Assembly (NCBI GenBank): GCA_963707215.1
Contig: CAVPPB010000002.1
Span: forward strand, 64,001 to 128,000
Origin: an uncultured Chloroflexia bacterium
Lineage (GTDB): Bacteria; Chloroflexota; Limnocylindria; Limnocylindrales; CSP1-4
DNA length: 64,000 nt
Reading direction: 5' to 3'
Shown: positions 60,607 to 64,000 of the stretch, piece by piece
How the letters are laid out: each line of letters starts with the position of its first letter
Numbering within the stretch: position 1 is the first letter of the stretch
Made by a program: the position numbers and the translations under genes
Notes under the pieces: model-generated
The model's input: only the letters and a program-made list of their open reading frames with translations
Told to the model about the DNA's origin: nothing
Databases searched by the model: none

Positions 60607-62028
60607 CTAGAGGGCCTTGACCGCCTGCGTCAGGCTGGCGAGGCCGTCCTTGGCGTCGGCGAAGAGCATCCCGGTCTTCGGGTTCGAGTACAGCTCGTTG
60701 TCGATGCCGGCATAGCCGCGGCCCATCGAGCGCTTGATGACGATGATCGACTTGGCCTGGTCGACGTCGAGGATCGGCATCCCCGAGACCGGGGTCCCGG
60801 GCCGCCGGGCGGCCGGGTTGGTCACGTCGTTGGCGCCGACCACGAGGGCGACGTCGCAGCGCGTGGAACTCGGGGTTGATGTCCTCCATCTCCTTGAGCT
60901 GGGGATAGGGGACGTTGGCCTCGGCGAGCAGGACGTTCATGTGGCCCGGGCATCCGGCCGGCCACCGGGTGGATGGCGTACTTGACGTCGACGCCGCGGT
61001 CCTCCAGCAGCTCGGCCAGCTCGCGGACGGCGTGCTGGGCCTGGGCGACGGCGAGGCCGTAGCCGGGGACGACGATGACCGAGTCGGCGTAGGCCAGCTG
61101 GATCGCCGCGTCGTCGGCCGAGACCTCGCGGACCGATGCCGCCGGGGCCGGCGGCCGCGCCGACCGCGCCGTCGTCCGCCGCCGAAGCCGCCGATCATGA
61201 TGTTCGATGACCGAACGGTTCATCGCGTCGGCCATGAGCTTCGTCAGGATCGCGCCCGAGGCGCCGACCAGGGCGCCGGCGATGATCAGGACGTCGTTGC
61301 CGAGGACGAAGCCGGCCATCGCCACGGCCGTGCCGGTGAACGAGTTCAGGAGGCTGATGACGACCGGCATGTCGGCCCCGCCGATCGGCAGGACCATCGT
61401 GACGCCGAAGATGAGGGCCGCCGCGATGATGATCAGCAGGACCGGTGCGCTGACGTTGCCGGCGAACAGGTAGATCGCCGCGACGACCGTGGCGATCGCC
61501 AGGGCGAGCGGTCACGATCCGGCCGCCCGGGATGATGATCGGCTTGCCGTCGATGATGCCCTGGAGCTTGCCGGAGGCGATGAGCGAGCCGGTGAAGGTG
61601 ATGCTGCCGATGATCACGTCGAGGACGACGAAGATGGTCGTCTCCAGGGCGACCGCCTCGCCGGCATTGGCGAAGCGGAGGTAGTCGTCGATGGCGATGA
61701 GGGCCGCCGCGCCGCCGCCGACCGCGTTGAAGAGCGACACCAGCTGCGGCATCGCCGTCATCTTCACGGTCCGGGCGGTGTAGAGACCGGCGCCCCCGCC
61801 GATGGCGATGCCGACGGCGATGATGATCCAGGCCTGGAGGGGCGCCTCGCCCCCGGCCAGCAGCAGGACGGCCGTGGCGGCGACCGCGATGGCCATCCCG
61901 GCCGCGCTCAGGAGGTTGCCGTTGCGGGCCGTCGCGGGCGAGTTCATCCGCATCAGGCCGATGACGAAGAACGAGGCGGCCAGCAGCCAGGCCAGCCGGA
62001 CCAGGACCTCGACGGTCTCGAAGTCCAT
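60607..62028 (-). CDS. pntB: NAD(P)+ transhydrogenase beta subunit (frameshifted)
   Basis: MTAMPQLVSLFN, IGGADMPVVISLLNS, VPGYGLAVAQAQH, HPVAGRMPGHMNVLLAE, GANDVTNP, GYAGIDN across frames. Confidence 0.93.
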
Positions 62029-62031
62029 CGC

Positions 62032-62346
62032 CTAGCCCTCCGCCTTCTCGGCCTTGGGGGCGACCGGCTTCTTCTTGAACATCTGGAGCATCCGGTCGGT
62101 GACGACGTAGCCGCCGACGACGTTCATCGTCGAGAACGCTACGGCGACCAGGCTGAGCGCGATGCTCAGCGGGTCGTCGGCCGTCGCGGCGATGATCATC
62201 GAGCCGACCAGGACGATGCCGTGGATCGAGTTGGCGCCGGACATCAGGGGCGTGTGGAGCGTCGCCGGGACCTTCGAGATGACGGCGAAGCCGACGAGGA
62301 TCGCCAGGACGAAGACCGTCACGGCGTCGAGCAGTTCGGGGTTCAC
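62032..62346 (-). CDS. pntA: NAD(P)+ transhydrogenase alpha subunit, membrane part (alpha-2)
   Basis: VPATLHTPLMSGANSIHG, NVVGGYVVTDRMLQMF. Confidence 0.93.
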   Translation of the reverse strand: MNPELLDAVTVFVLAILVGFAVISKVPATLHTPLMSGANSIHGIVLVGSMIIAATADDPLSIALSLVAVAFSTMNVVGGYVVTDRMLQMFKKKPVAPKAEKAEG

Positions 62347-63503
62347 GAGGCGCCTCCGGTGGCGGGCTCGAGGAGCTGCTTCACGGGCGCGGCGACGACC
62401 GCCCCGTCGTGGGTGATGACGGTCGCCGCGGTGACCTCCTCCTCGAAGTCGAGGTGGAGCGCCCCGTCCTTGACCAGCTGGAGCAGCAGCGCCGAGATGT
62501 TGCGGGCATAGAACTGGGATGCCCCGGCGGGCATCGAGGCGGGCAGGTTCTCGGGGGCGATGATCGTCACCTGGTTCGGGGTGACGACCTCCTCGCCGGC
62601 CTTCGAGAGCTCGCAGTTGCCGCCGAGCGGGCCGGCCGCCATGTCGACGACGACCGAGCCCGGCTTCATCCCCTGGACGGCCTCGGCGGTGACGAGGACC
62701 GGCGGCTTGCGGCCGGGGACCTGGGCCGTCGTGATGACGACGTCCATGCCGGCGATGACCGCGTTGAGCTCGGCCTGCTGGGCGGCCCGCTCCTCGGCGG
62801 TCAACTCGCGGGCGTACCCGCCGGCGCCGGTGGCGTCGATGGCCGTCTTGAGGGTCACGAACTGGGCGCCCAGCGACTCGGCCTGCTCCTTGGTCTCCGG
62901 CCGGACGTCGTAGGCCTTGACGACCGCGCCGAGGCGCCGGGCCGTGCCGATGGCCTGGAGCCCGGCGACGCCGATGCCCAGGATCAGGACGTTGGCCGGC
63001 TTGGCCGTGCCGGCCGCCGTCGTGAGGAGCGGGAAGTAGCGGCCGTAGGCGTTGGCGGCCAGGATGACCGCCTTGTAGCCGCCGACGTTGGCCTGCGACG
63101 AGAGGGCGTCCATCGTCTGGGCTCGCGACAGGGTCCGGGGGATCGCGTCGAGGCTGACCGCCGTCACGCCCTTGCCGGCCAGCTCGGCCATGAGCTGCGG
63201 GTCGAGGAGCGGCTGGAGCAGGCCGACGAGGGCCTGGCCGCTTCGGAGGCGGGCGATCTCGTCGGCGGAGGGCTTCTGGACGCGGAGCACGACGTCGGCC
63301 TGGGCGTACAGGTCGTCCGCCGGGAGGACCGTCGCGCCGGCGTCGGCGTAGGCACTGTCGGGGATCAGGCTGCCGTCACCGGCCCCGCGCTCGACGAGGA
63401 CGTCGAGCCCGGCCGCCTGGAGCTTGCCGAGCGCCTCGGGTACCAGGGCCACGCGGCGTTCGCCGTGCGCGGTCTCCCTGGCCACACCGACCTTCATGGG
63501 CAT
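62343..63503 (-). CDS. pntA: NAD(P)+ transhydrogenase alpha subunit, domain I (alpha-1)
   Basis: ERRVALVP, RAQTMDALSSQ, GIGVAGLQA, TTAQVPGRKPP, GGNCE. Confidence 0.94.
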   Translation of the reverse strand: MPMKVGVARETAHGERRVALVPEALGKLQAAGLDVLVERGAGDGSLIPDSAYADAGATVLPADDLYAQADVVLRVQKPSADEIARLRSGQALVGLLQPLLDPQLMAELAGKGVTAVSLDAIPRTLSRAQTMDALSSQANVGGYKAVILAANAYGRYFPLLTTAAGTAKPANVLILGIGVAGLQAIGTARRLGAVVKAYDVRPETKEQAESLGAQFVTLKTAIDATGAGGYARELTAEERAAQQAELNAVIAGMDVVITTAQVPGRKPPVLVTAEAVQGMKPGSVVVDMAAGPLGGNCELSKAGEEVVTPNQVTIIAPENLPASMPAGASQFYARNISALLLQLVKDGALHLDFEEEVTAATVITHDGAVVAAPVKQLLEPATGGAS

Positions 63504-63594
63504 CACCTTGTCGGGTCATCGGGCCTGGGCAGGCCCGGGAGTTGGGGTACCGGCGAAGGATACAGGGTCGGCGGAGGGGAGCGGTGGTCATGGC

Positions 63595-63762
63595 TGTCCG
63601 CGGCTCGTCGCCCCAGAGTTCGTCGAGGATCCGCTCGGTCGAGACGAGCCGGCCGGCGTTGACGAGGAGCAGGCCGAGGAGCGCCCGCTGATGCGGGGAC
63701 GAGATCGGCGTGACCCGATCGCGGTCGGCGACCTCGACCGGGCCCAGGACCCGGAACTCCAC
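63595..63762 (-). pseudogene. truncated SARP/AfsR-family regulator (N-terminal wHTH fragment)
   Basis: GGAGG RBS; EFRVLGPVEV..QRALLGLLLVNAGRLVSTERILDELWGDEP, then similarity is lost; no BTAD domain. Confidence 0.7.
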
Positions 63763-63888
63763 GGCGAGGGCGACCTCCGTGCCGCCCGATGCTATGGGCA
63801 GCGTCGCGGGGCCCCCAAGGGCCGTCGGGCCCCTTGTCGCCTGGGCCGGCGCGACCGGCCGACGCGGGGATCGCCGGACGACGCCCGG

Positions 63889-64000
63889 TCAGCTCCGGGC
63901 GACTGGCTCCGGCGCCTTCAGCTCCAGGACCTCGGTCGCACCGGCCTGGATCGCCAGCAGCCGATCGAGCAGTCCGGCCGAGTCCGCCGGTCCCGGGGCG
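63889..64000 (-). CDS. 3' end of an unidentified gene entering from beyond the window
   Basis: Open frame ...SAGLLDRLLAIQAGATEVLELKAPEPVARS-stop with high GC3. Confidence 0.45.
   Translation of the reverse strand, partial: APGPADSAGLLDRLLAIQAGATEVLELKAPEPVARS

Overview
Very GC-rich bacterial chromosome segment. Gene content and the SPSP/TPTP-rich surface proteins suggest Chloroflexota (Limnocylindria-like) or a similar lineage; this is inference only. 1-34 kb is mostly housekeeping: ECF sigma, PHP phosphatase, kbl-tdh, a LacI-controlled maltodextrin ABC/GH13 locus, tRNA-Glu, galU, PASTA Ser/Thr kinase, folC-folP-folB, RR/HK/HtrA and rplY. 49-64 kb holds ferritin, SulP, a PlsY-like protein, an ABC exporter and pntAB. 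The most interesting part is about 35.3-47.5 kb, lying between ligC and a Prim-PolC-like gene. It carries three DUF6325-like paralogs, a SHOCT protein, a 68-aa tandem-repeat peptide, DUF389, SulP plus an orphan STAS, a signal-less DszB-like protein that keeps the catalytic Cys/His/Arg, a rhodanese, a TMEM175-like channel and a MalT-type STAND-LuxR regulator. Four palindromic MalT-box-like sites lie in its intergenic regions. Several genes are broken by single-base indels that look like assembly errors. No integrase, transposase or CRISPR array was seen. Family assignments come from motif recognition, not database searches.
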